Assembly: GCA_023920165.1 (NCBI GenBank)
Contig: CP089276.1
Coordinates: 930,001 to 994,000, forward strand
Direction of reading: 5' to 3'
DNA from: Curvularia clavata
Taxonomy: Eukaryota
DNA: 64,000 nt
Notes under the pieces: model-generated
Told to the model about the DNA's origin: nothing
What the model saw: only the letters and a program-made list of their open reading frames with translations
The model's database searches: none
Program-made: the position numbers and the translations under genes
Shown here: in pieces, positions 39,136 through 54,725 of the stretch
Layout: every line of letters starts with the position of its first letter
Position numbering within the stretch: the stretch's first letter is position 1

Positions 39136-40915
39136 TTAAGTGCTAAGGGGTTCGGGCTTCTCGCTCGACGGCGTCGCATCTGCAGAACTGTTGTCTTCGG
39201 CTTCGTTCCGCAGGTCATACGCGAGCTCAAAACATTCTTCCAGAAGTTGTATTACACGGCCTTGGCCATCCGGTATCTCGTCACCCACCATGAACTTGCC
39301 GTCTACCCGCATGTTGTCGATTGAGTTCAGCTGTCTCTGAATTAGCACGCAAATTGAAGTATTATCAAAGCACACAAACCTTCATGCTATACGGGTACAG
39401 TTCTCTTGGCGAAGACACACCCCCAAGCTTCTTGACTTCAAGAAGACATTTCCGAAGAGTTGTTAGCTGGTTGTAGATCGGCAACAGCGCTTCCGAAACC
39501 GGCTCCGATGTTAAGAGCAACTGGTAGATGAGTGCATAGCTCTTCCGCAGCAGGTACAGAAGGGTCTTGAGGGTGTTAGTGAACTGGTCCTGTCATTGTG
39601 TCTGGGCACTTACTCTCTGCTCATAGATCTCTGATGGCCGTCCTAGTGCATCGATAAAGTTTCCGTCCACTCGCGCTTCGTCTATGCGGTCAAGTTGACG
39701 CTGGAAATCCCACAGGTCTGTCTCACGGAGGGACCATGCCTGTGTCAGCGTGAGTTTTTCAAGCTTGTTTCGGATAGTGAGGAGCTTGTCATAAGTGTCC
39801 TTGAAAGCAGGTGCTATACGTCCTTGTCTATACGTGGGTCAGCCTGCAATCAACGAGGGTTAGCGAGGAACCCACTTTTCTTTGATCAGAGAAACCCAAA
39901 GCAAGTTTCGCCTCAACAGTGTACCAATAAGAGTTTCAGCTTCTGGTGCAGGCTCAGGATGCTCTTGGGTAAACTGCATCTTGCCAACCATTTCGGCCAG
40001 CTTTTCTTCCGTTGTACCAGTAGTCTCATATGCCTGAATGCCGTGCTCTTTGAGTTCTTCATTGAGCTTGTTCAGCTCCTGCTCGTACTCTTCAACCTCG
40101 GCATGGGGGAACTGATGCTGTGAGCAGAAGTATGCAGAGTCTCCAGGGACACTAACCTTTGACCGTGTGTTGCAGCCGCAAAGTGATCTCAGTATTGACA
40201 CCAACTTCTCCCATTTCGGTGTCAGCTCCGGGGTAAGCCCGGACAAGTTGAGTTTCAGATCCGCTAGAATCTCCTGGCAGACCTTGATACGGGCGTCAAG
40301 AAGAGTGAGAAGATGGGGACTGTACTTATCCCGGCCGCGTTCAACATAGTCCTGGCAGTCCTGGAGATTCTTGTCGAGTGCTTCGAGGTCCTTTTGCGAA
40401 TAAAACGTAGCTTCCTTGATATGATCCAGTAGGCGCTAAGTGAGGTTAGAGATTGGAACACTATAGTCAAATTATTCTTGGCCTACTTTGATAGTGGAGA
40501 CATATGAGTATCTATGGGGTTGTCAGTATATGTACGTGCAGCGTGGATGGACACATACACTGCTGGTGGCTCATGGTTCTTTCCGACAGTCAGATATGCA
40601 AGTGAGATGAGCTGGAAACAATCATCAAGCATATAGTCCACTACAGAACAAAGTTAGTAAAATTGCAACTACATGCGGCAAGTGGCAACGTGACATGCCT
40701 TTGTTCTGCTCAAGGCGCTTGGTTTCGCGTATCTCGTTCAGAACTATGACCTGCTCGATGACCTGATCGTACAGCTTCAAGACATCTTGGCTTTTGACGT
40801 ATGTCGATCGGTCACGCTTTAGCAACTCGAGCTCCGTCCGGATGGACTGCAGTCTGTCGAGAATGGGTTGCTCTTTGGGATCGAGCGGGATCCGAGGCAA
40901 TGGAGAGTCGGTCAT
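39136..40915 (-). CDS. YPL260W/Cub1 (UPF0662)-like conserved fungal protein, multi-exon; first intron is GC-AG
   Basis: LLKRDRSTYVKSQDV, DDCFQLISLAYLTVG, AWSLRETDLWDFQRQL and SEPVSEALLPIYNQLTTLRKCLLEVKKLGGVSSPRELYPYSMK motifs, recognised from memory of this family. Confidence 0.82.
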
Positions 40916-41235
40916 CGTGGACCGCAAGGATCAGTCGGCAAAGGGTGAGTCGGCTGTCTGTGGGGTTGAGGCTAACTCGGTGGTTGGTGAGGGCTGGAAG
41001 TGCAGCAATATGCGAACTTGCACGTAGCCGGGCGGGCGGCCAAGATGCAGCACGAGAGCGGGGAAGGGTGCTTGGACGTCACCGAGGGGCAAGTCAGCCT
41101 CCCATGCCCAAACAGGCTAGGCCGAGCTAAGCGAAGAACACGACTAGCGCCTTCCACACCATCAAACGAATTCAGCAGCAACGAAACTACCACCACCTCG
41201 ACCTCACGACCAATCTCACGATCACAACCGTCGCA

Positions 41236-41741
41236 ATGTCTACCGCCGAGCTCGCCTCCTCCTACGCCGCTCTCATCCTCGCTGATGACGGTGTCGAGAT
41301 CACTGTACGACTCCCGAGGTGCAGCTGTGCAATTTACGGACGCCATGGCTAATTTGAACAGTCCGACAAGCTCCAGTCTCTCATCACCGCCGCAAAGGTC
41401 GAGGGCGTCGAGCCCATCTGGACTTCCCTCTTCGCCAAGGTGCGCACTTACGACAATTCAGCGTCACGGAACAGTTTCTGATGTGTGAGATAGGCTCTTG
41501 AGGGCAAGGATGTCAAGGACCTGCTCCTGAACGTTGGCTCAGGTGGCGGCGCTGCTGCCCCTGCTGCCGGTGGTGCTGCCGCCGCTGCTGGCGGTGCTGC
41601 TGATGCCGCGCCTGCGGCTGAGGAGAAGAAGGAAGAGGGTACGTTGGAACACTCAAGATTTCCGCCGCAGACAGTCCGACTGACACACCAGCAGAGAAGG
41701 AGGAGTCCGACGAGGACATGGGCTTCGGTCTTTTCGACTAA
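41236..41741 (+). CDS. RPP1: 60S acidic ribosomal protein P1, 3 introns
   Basis: [34 protein letters not shown]...[21 protein letters not shown], Ala-rich hinge, C-terminal [13 protein letters not shown]. Confidence 0.97.
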
Positions 41742-42405
41742 GCGTCTTCCTTTCCTTCCTTTCTTCGACATTTGCCTTTATCGGGGTTGCACAACGGATT
41801 CATCAGCGGGCATATTCCCATTGCTGGGGTAGAAATAGTCACGACCTCTCCGTGACCACGGTTTTGCACACGGGCCCTCCCCGGAAGAAACAAAGACGGC
41901 GTCATGAGATATGTTAGGTCGGCAGGTCAATGAATACTTCGAAAAGCGCAGTGTCGGAAGTCTCTTCGTGATACCATAGGTGATGACAATAGGCAACGAC
42001 AAGCCATGTCTTTAGAGGCGTCTCTAGCCGCTGATAACCTTGCTATTGCAGCAGTGAAGTCAAGCCCTGTTCCTCTATGTTCTGCTCAAAGATTCATGCG
42101 TCAGCCTGGACCCACCGATATGTTGCAAAATTTACTTGATTGGTATTCGTCTAAAGCATTTCCTAATGTGACACTGGTCCAACTATTTGGGGCATACGCG
42201 CTGCTTCGCACGCAGTCCAAATAGAAGACTTGTACGAAAGTGGAAAAGCCGACTGGGAGATTGTGGTCAAGCAACCTTATACTGTACATGAAATGGAATG
42301 ACCTTGGGTAGAGTATTCATGACCGCCTTAACCAATCGGTATGCGGACCAGTTTCGAGTTGTGCGCCTTTGATGCCTCATGCAGATACAAGAAAAGACCT
42401 TTGGT

Positions 42406-43852
42406 TTATACACCGTTTGCTTCCAGAAGCTCCTCATCATAGGTCATACTGTTGATGCGCTTCTTCGTGAATTCGAATGCAGTAAAGAAAATGGCATTCA
42501 CTATGCAGGAACGAGACATGGATACACCCAGCCCTAGAGGTTGTTAGCGTCTACTCTGAATATCGTAACCAGCTCCTCTTACCTTGATACATCCGGCGGT
42601 TGAAGAACTGTATCTTTGGGCGAGTGGCTTTGTCTTTTCCTCCGACAAGGCAATTGCGCTGGTAGATGCTCTTGGCCGTATCAATGGGAAATATCTGCGA
42701 TAATGGTCAGAGACTCCTGTTGTCGTCCTCATGGGTACACTTACGCATGCCCAGCTCACGAGGCCACAAAGCCCACCGGCTATGACAACAGCCAAGGGAT
42801 GTGTAGGCGATGTTCCGCGCGCATTTGCCAAAACTTGTTTAACGCTCTCGTAGGTGACAAAGTAGATACCGGTACCGATCGAATCTCGAACTGTGCAGCG
42901 TTAGCTTTTGTGATGTCCTTTCCGTTTCCTGCTTTGGCTCACTCACGCAGATGCAAGTGAAAGCCAGAATACAGCCCTCCCCAACCTCGATGCTTGACCA
43001 GATTTTGTGCCGTCTTCCAGGTACCCAAATTCTGGTAACTTTTCCGTATCGCATCGTCCTTGCCGCCACCGTCGCTGCGCTCGGCCATCAGCACCGAAAT
43101 TTGTGCGCTTAGTTTTGTCAGCTCAAAAGGACCTATTGAAAAGTCAGTTGATGTCGCATATAGATTGCCAGAGGTTCCACGCACACGCAATGACTGTAAT
43201 GGCTGCGCCCGCATTTACGCCCGCCAGCCCGAAGCATGTAACTGTGGAAAATGTGGGCCATGCGTTTTTAGTGTTGGCAATCACAAGTGGAGAGCTCCCG
43301 GTAGCTTGATAAATCCAATTGTCGAGCGCGTACTTGGATCGCTGGTATATGGAGAAGGACACGGTACGGACGAGGGTGATGCTTGCGAGAGGAGACCAGA
43401 CACCTATAAGGTGAGCATGAGATATGTATTCAATGCGATGTGGAGAAGGAACTGGCTTACCGCGGTAGAAGCCATGGAAACCCTCGGTTTTGTAGGTGTG
43501 GCGGACGCAGTCAGTGAAGGAGTTGAACTTGTATCTATTCAAAGTCAGTCCTAGAATAGGAAGTAAAGAGGAAGTCGACGTACGCTTGCAGGCGGGTTTT
43601 GACAGAGTCGAGAGGATACTAGAAGCTGTTAGCCCCACCAAATTTGCTGTGTATTTTGGGAATCTGCCTACGTACAGCAGCAAAGGTAGAGAGTAGGCTA
43701 CTCGAGCTTGCAGCGACCTCGGTCCTGTACCGCTTGGTCCAACGCTTTGCCTGTTCGCTGCGCAAGACAGCTCTTGAGACGTCAGTAAGGTTACGGGGTC
43801 TATCAGAAACGGCGCCCTGTGAGCTCGTCCTCGTGTCCTCCGGCTTGGGCAT
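42406..43852 (-). CDS. Mitochondrial carrier (SLC25 family; amino-acid/carnitine-carrier-like), about 7 introns
   Basis: Three Px[DE]xxK signatures: YPLDSVKTRLQ, PFELTK and FPIDTAK; GFHGFYRG and GGLYSG repeats. Stop TAA at 42406-42408. Confidence 0.9.
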
Positions 43853-44812
43853 ACTGGCTATCGCTAGCTGTGGAAGACAGTGCTGTCTTCCTACGGCAAT
43901 CGCGATCGGGCCAGCAGCCTGGCAAGCTCCATGAAGACCGCGGCGTCGGTGAGCTCAGTGAATTGCGAAAATATGCGCGGTTTGTGTGGCGCGAGGCGGG
44001 TTGCGGCGAGAGGTTCGACTGAGCGACAATGGCGGATGATGCTGTTGCGTATGGATTCGGAGCGTGGTGATGGAATGGTGGGGTTAAGCTCACACTGTTT
44101 GCTCCAAAGCGGTCTAACGGCCACGGACGCGTGGGCCTCATTGGCTGCAAGGGCCTGATCGACAAACGCACTCGCACTTCAATGTGCCTCCAAGATCGAA
44201 CAAGTGCCTCCTCCAACGCATAGGAAACATCGTCACTGGGCGTGCTTGGTCTGGTTAGATTGCGCGCGCCATTACTGAACCAACCGCCTCGTTGCACAGC
44301 TGTGAACCCTCAATGCTGTTGCCATAAAATGCGGGGTCGGCTCGCTCCCATGTGAAGCTGAACCACTGACCCTGGCCCACATGCATTGTCATAGTAGCTT
44401 GGGCGAATCACCATCTTTGCCTTTCTCTGCTGCGGCCACCGCACTTGAATACCACTATTCACAGCGTTGGCACCAGGTCACGCTGTTTCTGCCGAATCGT
44501 GTAGCGACCCGAGGTCAAACATGCAAGAGTCGGCTTACATCTGTGACAGGCTGTGTATGACAAGAGGCTACCGGCCGCGGACCGTGGTACATGGGTTGAG
44601 TTAAGCTCATGCGCGTCCGAGAGTGCCTCACTCGATACCACATCAGATTCGAAACATTGTGTTCATAAACAACAAAACCTTTTTTTTTGGGCCTGTAGGA
44701 CTCTATTATACAGACAAGCACAGGCAATCTCAGCAAACCAACTCAACCTGTCATTGACCTGCGGAACATCAGACATGCTTTTCGTTATATGCTCTGCCGC
44801 TTTATAGCAATA

Positions 44813-45302
44813 TCAATCTTTCTTTCCGATAATCTTCCTCAGCTCTGCATCGTTTTCGGATCTCTCCGCCGACACCTTCTGATTCTCTTCAACCTTCTGC
44901 TGTTTCTTGCGACGAATATCTCCCAATAAGGCCTCTCCAAAGGTTCCTCTGTCGTCATCTAGTCTCTCTATTTGCCCATGTCGCCTCAGACTCTCCCTGT
45001 GCCAACTGATTTGCCCTCCATCTGCCTCTCGGTGCTTTTGTGCATTGAGCTTAGCGGCACGTATTGACGTTCGAGCGTAAACGAAGAGCAAGCCCGCCAT
45101 GGTAAAGGCCGCCAGCGGTGCCATGACCGTCTATATACGGGTCAGACAAGGTACTCTAGACGTATTAAGTTCCCGAAAGACATCTTACACGGCCATTGAT
45201 AATGCCCCGGTTTCGTGAAAGACGCGGCCCATTTGCGGACGTGGGCTTGGGAGCTTCGCTGATGCCGTCGGCAGCCTTGGGCACTGAGAGTCTGCCACCC
45301 AT
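44813..45302 (-). CDS. Small single-pass membrane protein of unknown function, one intron
   Basis: ATG at 45302; GTAAGA...CTGAC...TAG intron; hydrophobic APLAAFTMAGLLFVYARTSI followed by charged AAKLNAQKHREADGGQISW. Confidence 0.65.
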
Positions 45303-45960
45303 TTTGGGGAGCTAAATTGTCTGTAATGCAAAATAACTAGGTTCAACTGTATACGCGACAAAGTATGCCGTGTCCAAGCTCACGGTCGAGATGGCGTGAT
45401 ATTTTTGCAAGTATCGAGTTCGCTTTAGGATTCAGAATCCGAGTAGATTTGTGCTGTGTCATCTGTTGGCATGTTTATTCTGCCAAGAGTTTCAAAGTCG
45501 ACCTCACATGGGTGAAGATGGTTGTTCCTGGACAAACACATGTGTGTGCGGGCGTGGTGGGTGGAGCTCAAAAACGATGAGGTAATCGCCAGAGTAGCTA
45601 TCACAAGCGGTATAGCGTCGATGCGGCTTCACTAGTGGGCCGAGGTCCTGGTCGCGTCATCGTTTGTTGATTCCATAAGCGCAAAATCGCAAAAGCTTGC
45701 GCCTAACCAAGCGGCATACATCGGCAGCCTTACTGGACTTGAATTGTAATCGTAGGTCCAGCCCTTGTGTTTTTCATTGCCTTCGCCCAGGGTTTCGTCC
45801 GAAGGCTGTCCAACAACAAGGAATTGCTGCGTAACCATATCTGCATAACTCAAGCTTACTAAAGTCGTCCAGTCCAGTCCCTGACTACGGTGGTGCATTT
45901 AAGATCTGGGTATCCTGTCGTCATAATATAAGCACCTGCTGTCCCTCGATCTGCGATTTA

Positions 45961-47775
45961 ATGCAAAGAGTCACGGCTTACAGACTGCGAGCTCTATCTG
46001 CGAGTCTCCGTACCATTACCCCTCCATCTACAGGACACCCCACTCTGTCTCGACCGTCCTTCCAGTTTGCACGACCCGCAGTGGCATCCTCACGCTTAGC
46101 AAACCTCTCTTCCCACTTTTCTACCACTGGGCCAAATATGTCGTCCGAAACTAAGGAGTGTGACTACCTAGTCATCGGTATCGGCAGTGGAGGTATTGCA
46201 TCTGGTCGGCGAGCCGCCAAACACGGCGCAAAGGTCATCGCTGTCGAGTCGAAACGATACGGCGGTACCTGTGTTAATGTAGGCTGTGTACCGAAGAAAG
46301 TAACTTGGAATGCAGCTGCTATTGCAGAGACATTCAAAGACGCAAGCGCATACGGCTTCCAGGTTGGCGGGGTACCAGAGTTTGACTGGCCATACTTTAA
46401 GAAGAAGCGGGATGACTATGTTAAGCGCTTGAACGGCATCTACGAGAACAACCTGAACAAGGACGAGATTGAGCACTTGAGAGGACGTGCAAAATTTGTT
46501 GCAAAAGACGAGGTGGAGGTCGCGCTGAACGAGGGAGGAACTCAGCGCATCAAGGCGAAGCACATTCTCATCGCAACTGGTGGACGACCACAGATCCCCG
46601 ATATCCCTGGAAAGGAGCTCTGCATTGACAGCGATGGGTTCTTTGAGCTCGAGAAACAACCGAAGAGCATCGCAACAAGCGGCGCAGGATACATTGGCGT
46701 TGAGATGACTGGTATGCTCCACGCTCTCGGTACCAAGACACATTTCTTCATTCGCGGCCAAAAGCTCCTCCGAACCTTCGATCCCATGATCCAGGATGTC
46801 GTAACCCAGGAGTATGAGCGTCAAGGCATCAACCTGTATAAAGGCTCACAGATCACCAAAGTCGAGGACATTGGAAACGGAATGAAGCGTGTTACCTACC
46901 AAGAAACCGAGACTAAGAAGGAATCCACTGTCGAAGTTGAGACAGTCCTCTTCGCGACCGGACGTGTGCCCGAGATCGAGGACCTCAAGATCAAGGACTT
47001 TGGTATCAAGGTCAACGAGAAGAACCACATTGTGACGGACGAATTCCAGAACACCTCCATCCCCAACATTTACGCCATTGGTGACGTCTGCGATCGCGGT
47101 TTCGAACTCACACCCGTCGCCATCGCCGCCGGCCGCCGCCTGTCTGAGCGTCTTTTCAACAACCAGCCCAACTCTCGCCTCGAATACGAGAACATCCCAT
47201 CTGTCGTCTTTGCTCACCCTGAGATTGGCTCGATCGGCCTAACCGAGCCCGCGGCCCGCGAAAAGTACGGCGACGATAAAATCAAGGTCTACAAGACCGA
47301 GTTCAAGGCAATGTACTTTGCCATGATGGACCAAGAGCACAAGCAGCCGACAGCCTACAAGATCATCTGTGCGGGACCCGAGGAGAAAGTCGTGGGTCTG
47401 CACATCCTTGGCCAAGGAAGCAGCGAGATCCTGCAAGGATTCGGCGTGGCGATTAAGATGGGTGCCACCAAGAAGGATTTCGATAACTGTGTGGTACGTA
47501 TTCCCCTTCTCTACTCGCACCACTTTGTATTTCCCTTTGCCTTTATCCTAGTTCTGGCTTGCTGTTCCGTGCCTGCATATGCAGGTGCTATGTCTGGTAA
47601 ATTAGCACGAACATGTGCCCACGTCTGCAGCATGGGAAAGGAAGCGCATGGAAGCCACTATCAAGGGTTCTTTTGGCGCCCCGCCCTATCTTAATATGTA
47701 TGGATCTGCTAACATGTTCTTCTTCAACAGGCAATCCATCCGGTCTCCGCCGAAGAGCTGGTCACCATGACATAG
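45961..47775 (+). CDS. GLR1: Glutathione-disulfide reductase with N-terminal mitochondrial presequence; second ATG at 46138; intron 47494-47730
   Basis: GIGSGG FAD motif; redox disulfide GGTCVNVGCVPKK; GAGYIGVE; last exon AIHPVSAEELVTMT carries the catalytic His/Glu. Confidence 0.97.
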
Positions 47776-50700
47776 AGTCTGGTTGGGGGATCGAAGCGAG
47801 AATGGGCCAGGTAATGGGCCTATCATTGGTATGCACGTCAATACGCTGCGCTTGAGATATAGACCTTGTATAGGAAGGAAGCCAATAGAGAGCAGGTTTT
47901 AAGTGTTATTACGAAGAAAAAACTGCTCACTTTTTTTTTTCTTTTCTCTTTTTGGACCTGGCCCCTATGAGGCTACGATATTCTCTTACCCACCCACACT
48001 TTCTCTTTCTGCACCCATTTCTAACTCATCCGCAGTGTTATTTTCCCTCACGCCACAAATTTCACATAATATCACGCACACCCTCTCATAGTTTCGATCT
48101 TACTCACACACACACCTACATCAATCGCGTCTCACACCCTTGTTTGCGCAATCCTGCTAAATCCTATTCATTCCTTCAATGTAGAAGGCCACCCCAACTC
48201 CTCCAAGCCATCCATGCCGCGGCGTGTCAATCCCAAGACCTTGGAATAGTGCTTATCTTGCGCCCCCCCCCCCCCCCCCTCTGCCCTGTCTTGCCCTGCC
48301 CTTTCGCCTAAACAGGCGCTTGTAACAACGCACGTCTGTGCTGTGTGAACGTGCCTTTTCTCTTTCTACATTTGTACAGTACAAGTGTATTTCACTGTTT
48401 AGGTTAAGCGCACCGCGGACGGAGGGAACTGAGTGGGTGGGGCATGAGTGGGTCGAGTGAGAGATAAAAGGAAAGATGGGAGAAATGGGGGGAGGGGGGG
48501 ACATTTCTTGAGCTAGTTAGCAGAAAGTGTACAAGTACATGCGCAGTGGAGCCCGTATACCGTATCCCGTCTTTGAGGTTTGAGCCTATATCTTCTTGTA
48601 GTGTTTTATTTTCATGGTTTTCTAGAGTGTGCTAACTTTTTGATTTGCGCATGCTTTACTCGGAACTAGATGTGCATGCAAGGGAATGCGTGCGCAGTGC
48701 TACACTTACTCCGCCTTACCTGCCCACCTGCTCATACGTGCATACACCCGGTGGGATTTACTGTTCTTTCTCCTTTGCTTTAACCTACTGTGATGCTTTG
48801 TCAATACGAGAGCGAGTCAGATGTACCACGTGGGAAAGCTTTTCTCTACTTTTCTACAACACACATGGCACTTTTCCTTGTACATGCACTTTCTCTATTG
48901 CTAAAATGCGGGGGAATACGACCCAGAGTGTGGATAGATGGTGCGATGTACATGCGGTACGTACCATGTGTCATGGGCCTGTTCACCGGGAGATCAGGAT
49001 GGTAGGGTTCGGAGACATCCGTAGATCTGATAGCACGGCGGTATTATATACGAGGAGGGGATGGGTAAGATCAAAAAAGTAGTATCCTAGGTTAAGAAAG
49101 CAGACAAGGTGGACCGATTGTGTGCCTGCATCATCGGTCTCTTTTTCGGTGCCGACGCCCGCTTCTCTTCTTGGGACTGCTCATGTGTACCTATTTGATA
49201 TTTGTGTATACATGTGTGTGGGCTGATCAGAAGAAAAGTCACATTTTATCTGACACAAAAAAGTAGGCTATGACGGCTGCCCCTGCTACCGCTGGTGGCG
49301 GCTAGTGATGCAAGCCAGTCCGACTCATCACAGAGGTAACGTTGGTGCCCTGCATTTCGTTCAACGGGTTTTCCCCCGCGTTCGCTGCGCCCACATATCC
49401 GCCTGAGGGAGCTTAGCGTGCGGAGGAGACCAGGGGTCGCTCTCGGTTACGTGAAGCATACGTTTTTCTGTGCATGGAAAATAAACCACCGGTAATAATC
49501 GGTTCGAATTAATGGCGGGGACTTGTCGCTAAGTGCGGCATCGCTACCACTGTTACACCTTCCTGTGTATCCCAAGTTTGGTGATACTTTGATGGTTTTT
49601 ACTGATCATGACGAAAGAAAAGGTGATGGTGTCGTTCGTTGGTTCTTTAGTATCATAGACGGAAGATTTAGTTCCACCAGTTAGAGTTCTAGCATACACT
49701 CGTCAGTGGCTGCTGTGGCGTTGTGATGCGAACACCTTTGAGATGTACATTGTGCGTAACAACCAGCCATGTCCATGGCTAGTTTTTTGGTACCGGAGCG
49801 GCATCTCCGTATTGCTACAGGGAACTCGCCCCAGATTACCTCATGCACTTTGTTGTCAACCGGGATTATGCAGACATGGTTGCTGCAGGAAAATGTGCAA
49901 ACGAACGATGACTCGCGTTAGAGGTCAGGACCTTGTGCCTGCGTTGGCCGGTTTAGACTAGGGTCGTACTAATCTAGCGCGGATCGAGTTTGCCGGGTTA
50001 ATTTCTATGATGCGTCAGAGGAGCAGAAAAGGGTGTGTCTGCTATTGCGCTCATTTGTATGACCATTGCTGGTGTGTGGTGTGTGCCTGGGGTTGTATCT
50101 GGAATGTGTTCCGGGGACCCCAGATGACGCGGGCTGAACCCCGGGCTATTTGCATGCAAGATTTCGCGCTAGAGTCTCCGGCCCAGCATGACATGATGTG
50201 GTCGCAGTCGCAGGTCGCGAAAACGAATCCGGTCTTATGCAAGTTAAGCCAAACAGGCATCGATCACGCTCAGCGGTTGGCCTGCTGCTTGAGGCAATCG
50301 CTCCGCTGTTCAACGCATGCTGAATGCTACCCTCCACCTCGGAATCAACCCCGCCAAAGATAGATTACGGCACTCTGTGTGCAGAGAAGTGGATTCATGG
50401 TCTTAAAGTTTTGGTAGTGCGGAGCCGGCATGAATTCATTCTGCCGACTTGCCGTTGGAAAGTGTTTTGTGGATTACTTTTCGATGAAGAGTGTATAGGT
50501 TTACATGTGGCCGTAGACTTCGTCCCCTCCAAATTTCCAGCTAGTCTCTCCTTGTACTCCAGATGCCCAGTCTTGCGCCACGCTGATTTTGAGTGTGTGT
50601 AAAATTCCCAGATTTGATGCGAGTGTCGTCGGTCGGAAGTGAGCGCAAATGATGGCTCTCGAAGCTATTACAAACATGTAACTTGAACTGAACAAAATGT

Positions 50701-50812
50701 ATCCAAATGTGAACCCCTGTTGCGAGTATAGAATCTTCGCCCCGGCAATCCGTCGTCAAATTACGATATTGCCACCTTTGGTGATTCGAGCCTATAGAAA
50801 AAGGCTTGCATA

Positions 50813-53795
<2,983 letters not shown>

Positions 53796-54618
53796 GGCGA
53801 CGCAGCAGCAGCTATGGGACGGCGGACCAGAAGCATTCTCTGCTCGTGGAGAAGAGGCGGCGGTGACGTTGACGGGACGTTAGGAAGAAGGAAACATGAG
53901 GCAGAAACATGGCGTAGGATGAATGTACTGGACTAGGACCAAATTAAAGCCGCGGGCAGTGGAGACGAGAGGGCGGACAGGGCGACAGGGGGGTGTGCGC
54001 GGACGGTGAGGCTTGATGAAGCGGGAGCGAGCGCCAGCACCAGCGCCCAGCGAAGCGACTCAGGCGCGTGGTGGCATGGCGGCATGGAACGTCTGGGGGG
54101 GCGGCGCTGTCGGGGAGGGGGCACCATGCAGCGAGCACGCGTGATGGCGATCACGGGCTGTCTAGCCAGGCATGGTAGAGCAGCCTGTCGACTAACAAGT
54201 CCTAGTGTAGGCACCTCGTGTAGGCGTCCAAAATGGGTGCGCAACCGCTGGACCGAAGGCAGGGCGATGACGGCGGCGACACTGGCAATACGGCAGTCAG
54301 TCTGCCAGTCAGTGCCTCGGTCCAGGCCATGCGTCGTATGCTGCAATTTAGCGCTTTTGATTGCGGCCGTCTCACGCAGCAGGCTACTTGGGGACATAGC
54401 GCGCCAGTAGTGCCGGCCGGCCGAGCTTTTTTTGTTCTGGAAATCTGGGGTATCGAACCAACGCCAATCACTACCCCAGTCTCCCCGACCGGGTCCGCCT
54501 GCTGGCCCTATTCACTCCCCGGCACCCCGGCTCCAAGGGGGCCTGGCGCTGCTCGCTGCTGGCTGCGGTGAAGAAGACGAACGGTGAAGGCCTGCTGTCA
54601 CGCTGCATCTCATCTCCC

Positions 54619-54652
54619 ACTCGACTCGACTCGACTCGACTCGACTCGACTC
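54619..54652 (+). repeat. (ACTCG)n pentanucleotide repeat, about 6.5 units
   Basis: Seen directly, between the QutR-like gene 3' end and the TF promoter. Confidence 0.9.
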
Positions 54653-54725
54653 TGCATGTGATAGCTCCTTCGTGTCTACAGTGTACATTGCCTATCTCCA
54701 GTTATCGTGTACCTTGCTAGCAAAT

